Source: Trueperaceae bacterium (GTDB lineage: Bacteria > Deinococcota > Deinococci > Deinococcales > Trueperaceae). Taken from it: a DNA stretch of 58,211 nucleotides. The translations under genes and the position numbers were made by a program. The stretch is from positions 1 to 58,211 of the forward strand of contig JBBDRK010000011.1 of assembly GCA_040905465.1 (NCBI GenBank), read 5' to 3'. The notes beneath the pieces were generated by a model. It searched no databases. It was not told where the DNA came from and saw nothing but the letters and a program-made list of their open reading frames with translations. Position 1 is the stretch's first letter. Each line of letters starts with the position of its first letter. Positions 1 to 8,788 of the stretch are shown here, one piece after another.

Positions 1-344
1 AGTCCGCACGTTGGTTCCTGATTTTCAGGTGTACTCGAGCGACGGTCAAGCGGGCCTTGTCACGGTTTTTGCTCCCCTTGATCAACATCCCTCAGGGCTT
101 GCTGTAGAAGCTGCGAATCCACACCCTTAAGCCACTCGCTATCAGGCTGCTTCTTAAGAGCGGTCAGCTCAGCCGAAAGCACCTTCGCCGAAAGACCCTC
201 ACCGTGTTCGGCGTAGTGGTCTTTGCGCCGTGCCAGGGCCCAATTGAACACGAACCGCTTGGCGCCCGCCATGCTGTACATCTGCTCAGCCTGAGCCGGG
301 GTTGGGTCAACCCGGAAGCGGTAGACCTTGCGGTGCGTCGTCAT
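1..344 (-). pseudogene. tnpB: TnpB RNA-guided nuclease, internally deleted and frameshifted
   Basis: TnpB N-terminus (YRFRVDPT...RFVFNWAL...[14 protein letters not shown]) stops after 94 aa. Another frame at ~79-1 reads [26 protein letters not shown], a motif that normally follows RuvC-I. Confidence 0.85.
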
Positions 345-739
345 GCTCGGGTGCTCTGCTGCTGAATGTAACGCTCAATGGTGGATGCTGAGACTTTGCC
401 CGCCGTGCTCGCAAAGTAGCTCGTTGTCCACATGCTCGGCATCCGTTTAAGGTGCGCAAACTCTTGCCTAATAATGCGAGAGGTATAACCTTTGAGCCGA
501 AACACAATCTGCGCTACCGCTAAAGACGGCGGCGCGTTCACGAACAGGTGGAGATGGTCGGGTTGAATCGCCAGGTGTTCAATCTCCACGCCAAGCTCTG
601 CGGCTTTCTCTCTCAGCAGCATTTCAAGTCGTTCGGCGACAGCGCCAGCAAGCACCTTGCGGCGTCTACGGGGTACCCAGATCAGGTGGTAGCGCAATTC
701 AGCAACCGCCCCCTTATGGCGTTTGTCGCCGTCACCCAT
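341..739 (-). CDS. tnpA: IS200/IS605 Y1 HUH transposase TnpA
   Basis: YHLIWVP, HUH motif DHLHL, KGYTSR, W..SYF.ST and catalytic YIQQQ; 132 aa. Confidence 0.95.
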   Translation of the reverse strand: MGDGDKRHKGAVAELRYHLIWVPRRRRKVLAGAVAERLEMLLREKAAELGVEIEHLAIQPDHLHLFVNAPPSLAVAQIVFRLKGYTSRIIRQEFAHLKRMPSMWTTSYFASTAGKVSASTIERYIQQQSTRA

Positions 740-814
740 GGACTACACTATACCACATTCTCTCGCAGGTGTAGACACACTGCCCTAGCAGGCAGCACTC
801 AATTCATCACTCAT

Positions 815-858
815 CCCCTTCACAAAGGGAGGGGCTTTCTTGAGTGCATTTTCTGTAA
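815..858 (-). other. IS left end: TTAC target, AAAG guide, CCCC...GGGG hairpin
   Basis: Minus strand reads TTAC|AGAAAATGCACTCAAG-AAAG-CCCCTCCCTTTGTGAAGGGG, the same layout as the IS608 left end. Confidence 0.8.
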
Positions 859-895
859 GAAAAGGCCTCGTACGGTGCCGCGGAGAGGAGTGGTT

Positions 896-2767
896 ATGGT
901 GATGTTTCGCAACTACATCGTCTCGAGTTTCGTCCTGGCCCTCTTGGTGGTCGGCTGCAACGGCACTACGAGCGACTCATACTTTTCGGACCAGAATACG
1001 GTTCTGTCCGGCGAGCAGGCGATCTCCAGCGCGAATTACTCCGGCATTCAAGCGAAGAATGAGGTGAGGCAGGCGATCGAGGTGACGTTTTCTGCTCCGA
1101 TGGATCCCGCCTCGTTCGAGGGAAAGGTCCAACTGGTGTCGGCACCGGAGCTCGAGCTTCAAGCTTCACTCTGGAACGGCGACAACACGGTGGCTGAGTT
1201 TCAATGGAGCGGTAATCTCGATCCCCATACCGGCCACGAGTTCGTGATTTCCAGCGGAGTGCGTTCCGCCGGACAGTTGTCGCTGCAGGACGAGTTTCAC
1301 TACAGCTTTACGGTCCCCGAGTTTTCGCCGTCGGTGTTGCGGACGCAGTCCGAGGACACCGCGCAAGTCCGACTGGCAACCGAAGCAGTACAGACATTGG
1401 GAGGGGACCCGCTCTGGAACCAGGCAACGAGCGCAGCGACCGAGAATCGGATCGTTATGGAAGTCCGGTTCGAGGACATTCCGACTCTCCTCATGCTCGG
1501 CTTCGAAGCCGACGGCACCCTGCAGTCGGCCCACCTGTTGCACTATGCCGCGGACGGATATCCCGTATGTCACTCCCCTCCCGGCCAGCCGGAGGCGAGC
1601 AGGACGATCTATGTGGGCCATTCGGCGCTGACGGCACACATCGATACCCATGACGACGAGTTCGGCATCTGCCAAGCGTCACCCGACGAGATCGAAGTAG
1701 CCTACGTGAACCTCTTCAGCCTCACCGGTGCATCCGGATACATGAACCGCGATGGTGTCGAGTGGACAGGCGCCGGCAGGTCGGTGGGTACAGACGAGCT
1801 GTCGGCACTGCTGACATTCGCTCCCATTGAATACCCAGTAGCTTCACAACTCGCGGGGACGAGCCTGGAGCCGCTGACGGACATCGAGTGCGAACCACTT
1901 TTCCCCTGCGACACCGATGGCGGCGGTTCCGATGGCGGGTCCGATGGAGGTTCGGACGGTGGAAGTGACGGCGGCACCGACAGCGGTTCAGACGACGGGA
2001 CAGACGACGGTTCAGACGACGGTTCGAGTGGTGGTATAGACGACGGAGCGAATGGCGACTCCGGCGACGGTGATCAAGGCGGCGGCGACGCCGGCACCGA
2101 GTGCGATAGCGCATATATCAACCAGCTCGAGGAGACTATCGCCGGAGTACAAGTGGGAGTCGATGCGCTAACCGAGCTTCAATTTCAGCTCAACATGGAC
2201 CTGACCGCGAAGTCCGCTGAACTGGGTGAAGCGGAAGCCGGCCTAGCGGCACACGAGGCTCGCTTCGAACAGGTTGCCGCCGCGATGAAGGTTCTCGAGG
2301 ACCGGCGGGACGAAGTGCAGCGGGAACTGGATCAGCACATCGATGACTCGCAAAAGTGGTTGCAGCAAGAGGGCAACATCGTTCGGGAAATTTTCCAGGT
2401 AGGCGGACTCGCCGCCGGGTGCAAGAAGATCAAGCGCTGGGGCTGGAGCAAAGTGGCGGCGTGCGTGGGGGCGGGCCTTGAAGGAGTAGTTATCGGCGAC
2501 AACGTCTATGACGGGTTCGTGGCGATTGACGATGCCGGTAAGCGGCTGGATGACGTCGAAGGCAACATAGACATGCTGCGCCTGTCGTATGAGACCGCCT
2601 TGGCGGAATTGGAAGCGGCCGAAGCGCTGGTCGCCGAAATCAGCGAGGATGTGCAGGAGTTGGATAGCTCGCTGCGCAATGTGTCCATTACTCTCAACAA
2701 TGAGATCCAGCGCCGAGACGGTTATGGCGACGAGCTAGACACGTACTTGAAGACGTGCAGCGTTTAG
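896..2767 (+). CDS. Lipoprotein with Ig-like (Big_5-type) domain, Asp/Gly/Ser linker and C-terminal coiled coil
   Basis: RBS GAGGAG at 885-890; signal peptide with lipobox LLVVGC; IEVTFSAPMDPASF resembles Big_5; DGGS repeats; heptad-rich C-terminus. Start moved from 548 because that region is the IS. Confidence 0.75.
   Translation: MVMFRNYIVSSFVLALLVVGCNGTTSDSYFSDQNTVLSGEQAISSANYSGIQAKNEVRQAIEVTFSAPMDPASFEGKVQLVSAPELELQASLWNGDNTVAEFQWSGNLDPHTGHEFVISSGVRSAGQLSLQDEFHYSFTVPEFSPSVLRTQSEDTAQVRLATEAVQTLGGDPLWNQATSAATENRIVMEVRFEDIPTLLMLGFEADGTLQSAHLLHYAADGYPVCHSPPGQPEASRTIYVGHSALTAHIDTHDDEFGICQASPDEIEVAYVNLFSLTGASGYMNRDGVEWTGAGRSVGTDELSALLTFAPIEYPVASQLAGTSLEPLTDIECEPLFPCDTDGGGSDGGSDGGSDGGSDGGTDSGSDDGTDDGSDDGSSGGIDDGANGDSGDGDQGGGDAGTECDSAYINQLEETIAGVQVGVDALTELQFQLNMDLTAKSAELGEAEAGLAAHEARFEQVAAAMKVLEDRRDEVQRELDQHIDDSQKWLQQEGNIVREIFQVGGLAAGCKKIKRWGWSKVAACVGAGLEGVVIGDNVYDGFVAIDDAGKRLDDVEGNIDMLRLSYETALAELEAAEALVAEISEDVQELDSSLRNVSITLNNEIQRRDGYGDELDTYLKTCSV
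1915..2095 (+). repeat. Coding low-complexity repeat (DGGS/DDGS)n
   Basis: Degenerate 12-bp units encoding DGGGSDGGSDGGSDGGSDGGTDSGSDDGTDDGSDDGS. Confidence 0.85.
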
Positions 2768-2780
2768 GAGGGAGAGGTAC

Positions 2781-3488
2781 ATGACAAGACGACCATGGCT
2801 GCTTCTGAGCATTCCCATCGCGCTGCTGCTCGTGTCGGCCTGCACTACGACAACCGGTACCGGAACCGACACCACCGATTTCAGAGCGAGTGCCGGTACC
2901 CTTGCCTATGAGACAGGCAACGGGCTGAGCCTGATCTACCTCTTCGACCTCGACCAGGCTCCGGCGGACGGCGAGATCGAAGTGACAATTACCGGTCCGG
3001 ATGGCTGGAACGCCGACCAATCCCTCACCACCACGTCTTTCTTCACGACCGCCGGGAATAAATGGAGTTGGCGTAACCTTACCGCCGACGCTGTCGACGG
3101 CACTTACACGCTCACGACTCAGTTCGACGGGCGCAACTATGAGGAGGTCCTGGAGGTAGCGTCCGACGACGTTCTCGTTTTACCAGATCCGCAAACGGTG
3201 CTGAAGCAGCACGACGTAGTCGCGGCAACCTGGCCGGAGGTACCTTCGGCAGCCTCCTACTACGTTCAGCTGTACACGGATAGTAACGGCCACCTCCCTC
3301 GCGGAACATTGCGGGCATACACGACCTCGAACTCCTACACCTTTTCGGGCCTGTCACTCACTGCAGGCACGACCTACTACCTCGGGGTTCAGACGATGTC
3401 CTCCGACTTTTCCGAGAGTAATCCGAAGCTGCCTGCCGGCCAGTTCAACACCTCGTTCAAGGCCGTGTCGTTCCTGATCGATGAATAG
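2781..3488 (+). CDS. Lipoprotein with C-terminal fibronectin type III-like domain
   Basis: RBS AGGAGG/GAGG; lipobox LLVSAC; ATWPEVPSAASYYVQLY...YTFSGLSLTAGTTYYLGVQ is an FN3-like pattern. Confidence 0.75.
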   Translation: MTRRPWLLLSIPIALLLVSACTTTTGTGTDTTDFRASAGTLAYETGNGLSLIYLFDLDQAPADGEIEVTITGPDGWNADQSLTTTSFFTTAGNKWSWRNLTADAVDGTYTLTTQFDGRNYEEVLEVASDDVLVLPDPQTVLKQHDVVAATWPEVPSAASYYVQLYTDSNGHLPRGTLRAYTTSNSYTFSGLSLTAGTTYYLGVQTMSSDFSESNPKLPAGQFNTSFKAVSFLIDE

Positions 3489-3996
3489 CGACTGGGATAC
3501 CGCTGAGGCCGCCGTAACGAACGCTGGCGAGGGCACGGCTCTCTTCGAGCGCTTCGACATCCTGCCGGCGTTCCGAGTTCGAGCGGCAGCCTTACCCCGA
3601 ATCAGGGTTATCGAGAGTCGAATCTCAGTCGTCGTGCTCCTGATCGTTGCTGCCATCGCGGCTCTGACCTGGCAGGCCGGCGCGGAGTTCGTCGACCTGC
3701 TCGCTTCGATCGTCGAGCTGCTCGCGGTCTTCGTCCCCATGTGGGTGCTCGTGTCTACTTTCGTTGCCAGCCTCCTGATCCGGAACGAGATCGAGGCGAT
3801 GTGCCGGCCGCGGCACATCTTCCGGCGGGGCGCCTACGCTCTGGTGTTCATCGGGCTGTATGTGACCGTGATCGCGGTGGACGACAGTGCCTGGTTGCGG
3901 ATTCTCGCGGCGGCGTTCCTGATCGCATTCGTGTCGCTCCTGTGGGCGTTCTGGAGGTTCGCACGCTCGTATCCTGTCACGGAGTGTAATTCGTAA
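3481..3996 (+). CDS. Hypothetical membrane protein (~4 TM)
   Basis: Four hydrophobic segments; start overlaps the upstream stop. Confidence 0.65.
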   Translation: MNSDWDTAEAAVTNAGEGTALFERFDILPAFRVRAAALPRIRVIESRISVVVLLIVAAIAALTWQAGAEFVDLLASIVELLAVFVPMWVLVSTFVASLLIRNEIEAMCRPRHIFRRGAYALVFIGLYVTVIAVDDSAWLRILAAAFLIAFVSLLWAFWRFARSYPVTECNS

Positions 3997-4048
3997 AAGT
4001 CGCCGCCGCCGAGGCCCATCGGCGATCGACGACCGGTAGACTCTTCAC

Positions 4049-5533
4049 ATGAAGCTGTACCGGGCAGCAGAGATGCGCGAGGCGGACCAGGCCGCGGCCA
4101 AAGCCGGCGTCCCCGGCTTGCTGTTGATGGAGACGGCCGGCCGATCGGTGGCCGACTCGGTACTGCGCAACTTTCCCGACTGCCGGCGCATCCTCGTCCT
4201 GTGCGGCAAGGGGAATAACGGCGGCGACGGTTTCGTCGCCGCCCGCCACCTGCACATGATGGGCCGTGAAACGACGGTCCTGGAGCTCGCCGGCGCACCT
4301 CCCACCGGCGACGCGGCCACCACCCGAACCGCCTGCCTCGCCCATCTGGCGGCCGGCCCACTGGACCGCGGCTCGCTCGAGCTCGCCCTGGAAAGCAGTG
4401 ACCTGGTGGTCGATGCGATGTTCGGCAGCGGCCTTACACGTGCCCTACAAGGCGAGTTGGCTGACATCGTCGATTCGCTGAACGAGAGCGGGCTGCCGGT
4501 ACTGTCGATCGACGTTCCCAGCGGCGTAAGCTCGGACCGGCCGCTGCCGCCCGGGCCCCATGTACGGGCAACCGTCACCGTTCAGCTCGCAGGCGCTAAG
4601 CTGTCCAGCGCCCTGCAACCCGCCCGCTCCGCCTACGGAGAGCAGGAGCTTGTCCCGATCGGCATTCCCTTCGACATCCTCCGGCGCGCATCACGAGTGC
4701 GCCTGCTGGACGCCCAGCCCGGGGCGGGAATTCCCGAGCGAGGCCCGGACCCCCACAAGTACACGGTCGGAACTGTCCTGGTGCTGGCCGGTTCCCCCCG
4801 GTACCTCGGGGCCGCCGAACTGGCCTGCAGAGGCGCATACCGGGCGGGAGCCGGCCTGGTGACGCTCGCCGCCGAGGCGCGGCTGGCTGCCGGTTGGCCG
4901 GAGGTCGTGTTCAGCGCTCTCGACTGGGCCGAGCAACCCCTGACTGCCCTTGCCCAAATCGACGGGCGCCGGTGCCAGGCGGTGGTGGCGGGCCCGGGGC
5001 TGGACGAGCGCGCCGTCGATCACCTTCCCGAACTGCTCGCCTCTCGCACGGTTCCCTGGGTGCTCGACGCGGGCGCTTTGCGACCGTCTCCGGCCCTGCG
5101 CCAGGCGGTTCGCGCCCACGGCCGCTGCGTCCTTACGCCGCACCACGGCGAGGCGGCGAAACTGCTCGAAGGGGGCGACGAGGTTCGAGCGGACCCGCTC
5201 GGCGCCGCCACCAGGATCGCCAGCGAATGGAACGCCGTGTGCGTGCTGAAGGGCGCCAGCACCGTTGTCGCGGGAGCCGATGGTGACTCGGGGATCCTGC
5301 CGGAGAGTCATCCCGGCATGGCCACCGGTGGCACCGGTGATGTGCTTACCGGCGTTCTCGGCGCCTTCCTGGCGGCCGGTGGGGAGCTCACAGCGCGAGT
5401 AGAGGCGGCGGTCGCCGTGCACGGCCTGGCGGGCCGGCTGGCGGGCCAAGCGCTGGGCATCGGCATGATCGCAGGAGACGTGGTCGACCATCTGCCTCGG
5501 GCACTGCGGGAGCTCAGCGGAGAAGAGCCGTGA
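4049..5533 (+). CDS. nnr: Bifunctional NAD(P)H-hydrate epimerase/dehydratase
   Basis: LLMETAG, GKGNNGGDG, DAMFGSG, DVPSG, LTPH.GE and ATGGTGDVL motifs; TAGACT 6 nt upstream of the ATG. Confidence 0.95.
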   Translation: MKLYRAAEMREADQAAAKAGVPGLLLMETAGRSVADSVLRNFPDCRRILVLCGKGNNGGDGFVAARHLHMMGRETTVLELAGAPPTGDAATTRTACLAHLAAGPLDRGSLELALESSDLVVDAMFGSGLTRALQGELADIVDSLNESGLPVLSIDVPSGVSSDRPLPPGPHVRATVTVQLAGAKLSSALQPARSAYGEQELVPIGIPFDILRRASRVRLLDAQPGAGIPERGPDPHKYTVGTVLVLAGSPRYLGAAELACRGAYRAGAGLVTLAAEARLAAGWPEVVFSALDWAEQPLTALAQIDGRRCQAVVAGPGLDERAVDHLPELLASRTVPWVLDAGALRPSPALRQAVRAHGRCVLTPHHGEAAKLLEGGDEVRADPLGAATRIASEWNAVCVLKGASTVVAGADGDSGILPESHPGMATGGTGDVLTGVLGAFLAAGGELTARVEAAVAVHGLAGRLAGQALGIGMIAGDVVDHLPRALRELSGEEP

Positions 5534-5546
5534 TACCCTTCCCGTC

Positions 5547-6476
5547 ATGATGTCGAGCCCCGACGCGACGCTTCGCGTTCCCGCCACCAGCGCGAATCTC
5601 GGACCCGGCTTCGACACGCTCGGCCTGGCTCTCAGCCTCGATCTGGAGATCGCGGTGCGCCGCAGCGAGCGCGATGAGTTCGAGTATCGCGGCGACGGCA
5701 GCGTTCCGAACAGTCCCGACAACCTGCTTCACCAGGGCTTCGCAGCGGCCTGCCGGGCGGCCGGCTGCGAGCCGTTCCCGGTGGCCTTCGCTGTCGACAA
5801 TCCGATTCCCCTGGCCCGCGGGCTCGGGTCGTCGTCGGCTGCACTGGTGGGCGGTGCGGCTGCGGCGGACCTGTTGCTGAACGGCGCGCTCGGGCGTGAC
5901 GGCGTGTTCGAGGTGACGGCAGCCATCGAGGGGCACCCGGACAACGTGGGGCCGGCCGTCTATGGCGGCTTTACCGTGTCGGCCAGGGACTCCGCCGGGC
6001 ATTACCGCACCCGGTCGCTTCCGGTTCCGAGCGGCTGGCACCTGCTGTTCGCGGTGCCCGACTTCGAGCTGTTCACCGAGGGGGCCCGGCGGCTGCTTCC
6101 GGAGCAGTATTCGCGCGCCGACGTGGTGAAGACCTCGAGCCGGGCCGCACTGTGGACACTGGCAGTAGCGACCGACGACCCCGAGCTGCTGCGCACCGCC
6201 AGCCTCGACGTGCTCCACCAGCCCTACCGTGCCCCGCTGATGGACGGCTTCGAGCGTTGCCTTGCGGAAGCGTTCGAGGCCGACGCGTTTGCCGCCTTCC
6301 TGTCAGGCTCCGGGCCCACTGTCGGCGCGGTGACTGGCGACGCTGCGCTTGCCGGAGTGCGGGCGGCGCTCGAGCGTTACGCCGGGCCGGCCGGCAAGGT
6401 GTTGGAGCTCGAGACGGCGCCCGGTTACCAGGCCGTTACGTTGTCGTGCGTCAGCGTTGTGCCCGAAGCACCTTGA
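5547..6476 (+). CDS. thrB: Homoserine kinase
   Basis: VPATSANLGPGFD, PLARGLGSSSAA, EGHPDNV, LSGSGPT. Confidence 0.96.
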   Translation: MMSSPDATLRVPATSANLGPGFDTLGLALSLDLEIAVRRSERDEFEYRGDGSVPNSPDNLLHQGFAAACRAAGCEPFPVAFAVDNPIPLARGLGSSSAALVGGAAAADLLLNGALGRDGVFEVTAAIEGHPDNVGPAVYGGFTVSARDSAGHYRTRSLPVPSGWHLLFAVPDFELFTEGARRLLPEQYSRADVVKTSSRAALWTLAVATDDPELLRTASLDVLHQPYRAPLMDGFERCLAEAFEADAFAAFLSGSGPTVGAVTGDAALAGVRAALERYAGPAGKVLELETAPGYQAVTLSCVSVVPEAP

Positions 6477-7752
6477 ACCCCGACTGATCGGCGCAGCGCT
6501 CCACACCGGCCCACGCACCCATGAACCGCTCGTAGGGCAGGTCTCGGTTGGCGACCAGCCACAACTCACCCCTCGCAACCAGCAGGGCCCGGGCCGCCTC
6601 GATGAAGGCCTCCGGAACCATCAGGCGGACGCCCTTGCCGACATGAAACGGCGGGTTGCTGAGCACCACGTCGAAGCGTTCACCGGCGATCGCGCTGTCG
6701 ACATCGGAGTGGCGAATGTCCATCTCCAGGCCCAGCCGCTCGCAGTTGCGGCGAGCGCTCGCCACCGCAGCCAGGTCGTCGTCCACCGCCACCACCCGAG
6801 CGCCCGCCCGGGCGGCGAGCAGACCGATGATCCCCGAACCGCAACCCAGGTCGAGCACCCGCCGGCCAGTCAGCTTCCCCCAGGGAACCTGTCCGAGCAT
6901 CACCTCGGTGCCGGGATCGAGCCGTCCGGCCGAGTGGACGCCGGCGAGAGCCTCCAGCTTCAGCCCGCCGGCTTCGAAGCGGCGCCAGGGCGACGACGCT
7001 CCGGCGGACGACTGTGCGTCCGCCGGCGACGGCATCTCCTCATCCTGTCCCGGACGGCCGACGGGCTCGCGCGCTTCCACGAGCCGCCAGCCGCGCTCGC
7101 GGGCACTAACGGCGGTGGAGCGAAACAGCCGCTCAACGACCTTCTGGTAGCGCTTGGCGCCTTGATCCTTGTGCAGGGCGATGTAAAGCACGCCGTCTGG
7201 CGCCAGCGCCTGTGCCGCGGCGTTTATCTCGGCGATCACGCGGGCGTTGCCGCGGTCGCCCGGAGGCGCCAGCGCCAGCCGCGAGGTGAGGCCCGGCGGC
7301 AGGTCCCAGGGAAGTCCGGCTGTCGCCTGGCGCCCGCTACCGGAGAGCGTGACCCGGGCGCAACGCAAGGCTGCCATCGACGGTTCGAGTACCAGCACCT
7401 GCTCTACGATTGCTACACCGGCAGGCACCGGCGCACCCTCCCCCGTTCTCGACTCCTCGGCGGGCGCGCCGCCGCGCGTCCTTCCGCTCTCGGGCCAGCT
7501 CTCGGGCCGGCTCTCGGGCGATCTCGCGGTCCCGCCCACTGGCGCGCGCTCCTGCAGCGCCGCCAGCGCGACCATACCCGCCGTGCCGCTGGCGTCCACC
7601 AGCGGCCGCCGGTCGTCTCCAGGCACCTCGCGAAAGATCCGGCCGGCGGGAGGAGTATCGGGATAGCCTCGAACTCCCGCCTTGATCACCAGCCGGCCGT
7701 GAGGCAGCGCCACCTCGGTCATGGCGTGATAGCGCTCCAGGACGGTCATCAC
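6451..7752 (-). CDS. rsmC: RsmC-like class I SAM-dependent methyltransferase
   Basis: GVHSAGRLDPGT, LDLGCGSG, NPPFH, GELWLVAN; contains low-complexity insertions. Confidence 0.75.
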   Translation of the reverse strand: MMTVLERYHAMTEVALPHGRLVIKAGVRGYPDTPPAGRIFREVPGDDRRPLVDASGTAGMVALAALQERAPVGGTARSPESRPESWPESGRTRGGAPAEESRTGEGAPVPAGVAIVEQVLVLEPSMAALRCARVTLSGSGRQATAGLPWDLPPGLTSRLALAPPGDRGNARVIAEINAAAQALAPDGVLYIALHKDQGAKRYQKVVERLFRSTAVSARERGWRLVEAREPVGRPGQDEEMPSPADAQSSAGASSPWRRFEAGGLKLEALAGVHSAGRLDPGTEVMLGQVPWGKLTGRRVLDLGCGSGIIGLLAARAGARVVAVDDDLAAVASARRNCERLGLEMDIRHSDVDSAIAGERFDVVLSNPPFHVGKGVRLMVPEAFIEAARALLVARGELWLVANRDLPYERFMGAWAGVERCADQSGFKVLRAQR

Positions 7753-7792
7753 GCCAGTCTAGCGCGCTCTTCGCCGGTGTTACCCTGGACCG

Positions 7793-8788
7793 ATGGCAGT
7801 GGTGCTTGGCATAGACACCTCTTGCGACGACACCGGCATCGGTATCACCAGGGATGGGCGGGTGGCCGCCAACGTTGTGGCTTCGCAGGCCGCCCTGCAC
7901 GGCCGCTTCGGCGGTGTGGTTCCGGAGGCGGCGAGCCGCGAGCACCTGCTGGTGATCGACGAAGTTTTGGGCCGAGCGCTGGCAGAGGCCGAGGTGGAGG
8001 TGGGCGAGCTCCAGGCGGTGGCGGCTACCTTCGGACCGGGACTGGTAGGTGCGCTGCTGGTCGGCCTCAACTACGGCAAGACACTCGCCTGGGGCCTCGG
8101 AATACCGTTTCTGCCCGTTCACCATCTCGAGGGTCACATCGCCTCGGCACTCGCCGGCGGCGAAGCAGAGCCGCCGTTCCTGTGCCTGGTCGCTTCCGGT
8201 GGCCACACGAGCCTGTTCGACGTCGCGGCGTGGGGCGAGTACCGCGAGCTCGGCCGAACCCGCGACGACGCCGCCGGCGAGGCGTTCGACAAGGTGGCGC
8301 GGCTGCTCGGACTTCCCTACCCGGGTGGGCCCGAGCTGGCCCGCTTGGCTCGGCAGGGCAACCCTGAAGCCTTCCGCTTCACAGCGCCCATGCAACGCCA
8401 GGAGGGCTTCGATTTCTCCTTCAGCGGCCTCAAGACGGCCGTCGCCACCCTGTTGGAGCGTCAGCCCGAGGCCGAGCCCGCCGACGTCGCGGCGTCGTTC
8501 GAACGAACCGCCGTCGACAGCCTCCTCGGCACTACCTTGCGCGCGGCGCGGCAGACCGGCCGTGAGACACTGGTGGTTGCCGGCGGCGTTGCGGCAAACG
8601 AGCGCCTGCGCTCACGCCTCGCGGAGAGTGGCCTCACGGTGCTGTTGCCGCCGCCTGGCCTTTCGACTGACAACGGGGCGATGATCGCGTTGGCGGCTGA
8701 GACCAGACTGTGGCGAGGAGTGCCGGCCCCTGCCTGGGACGCGGACGCCACCCCCTACCTGCCGCTCGCCTCCAGCGCGGCTCGGTAG
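7793..8788 (+). CDS. tsaD: tRNA N6-adenosine threonylcarbamoyltransferase
   Basis: GIDTSCDDT, GGVVPEAASREH, HHLEGH, SGGHT, GEAFDK, TDNGAMIA. Confidence 0.97.
   Translation: MAVVLGIDTSCDDTGIGITRDGRVAANVVASQAALHGRFGGVVPEAASREHLLVIDEVLGRALAEAEVEVGELQAVAATFGPGLVGALLVGLNYGKTLAWGLGIPFLPVHHLEGHIASALAGGEAEPPFLCLVASGGHTSLFDVAAWGEYRELGRTRDDAAGEAFDKVARLLGLPYPGGPELARLARQGNPEAFRFTAPMQRQEGFDFSFSGLKTAVATLLERQPEAEPADVAASFERTAVDSLLGTTLRAARQTGRETLVVAGGVAANERLRSRLAESGLTVLLPPPGLSTDNGAMIALAAETRLWRGVPAPAWDADATPYLPLASSAAR

Larger units (their letters stand above)
1..854 (-). mobile_element. IS200/IS605-family insertion sequence (tnpA + defective tnpB); continues beyond the left window edge
   Basis: Tandem tnpA-tnpB on the minus strand with a 4-nt overlap; subterminal hairpin at 815-834 and a TTAC cleavage site at 855-858, as in IS608. 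Confidence 0.88.

Noticed and set aside
548-895. N-terminal 116 aa of the 739-aa ORF
   Set aside because: Antisense to tnpA and the IS end; the RBS and signal peptide place the start at ~896.
6451-8788. Convergent 3' overlaps thrB/rsmC (26 nt) and tsaD/bshA (34 nt)
   Set aside because: Common in compact GC-rich genomes; no sign of function.
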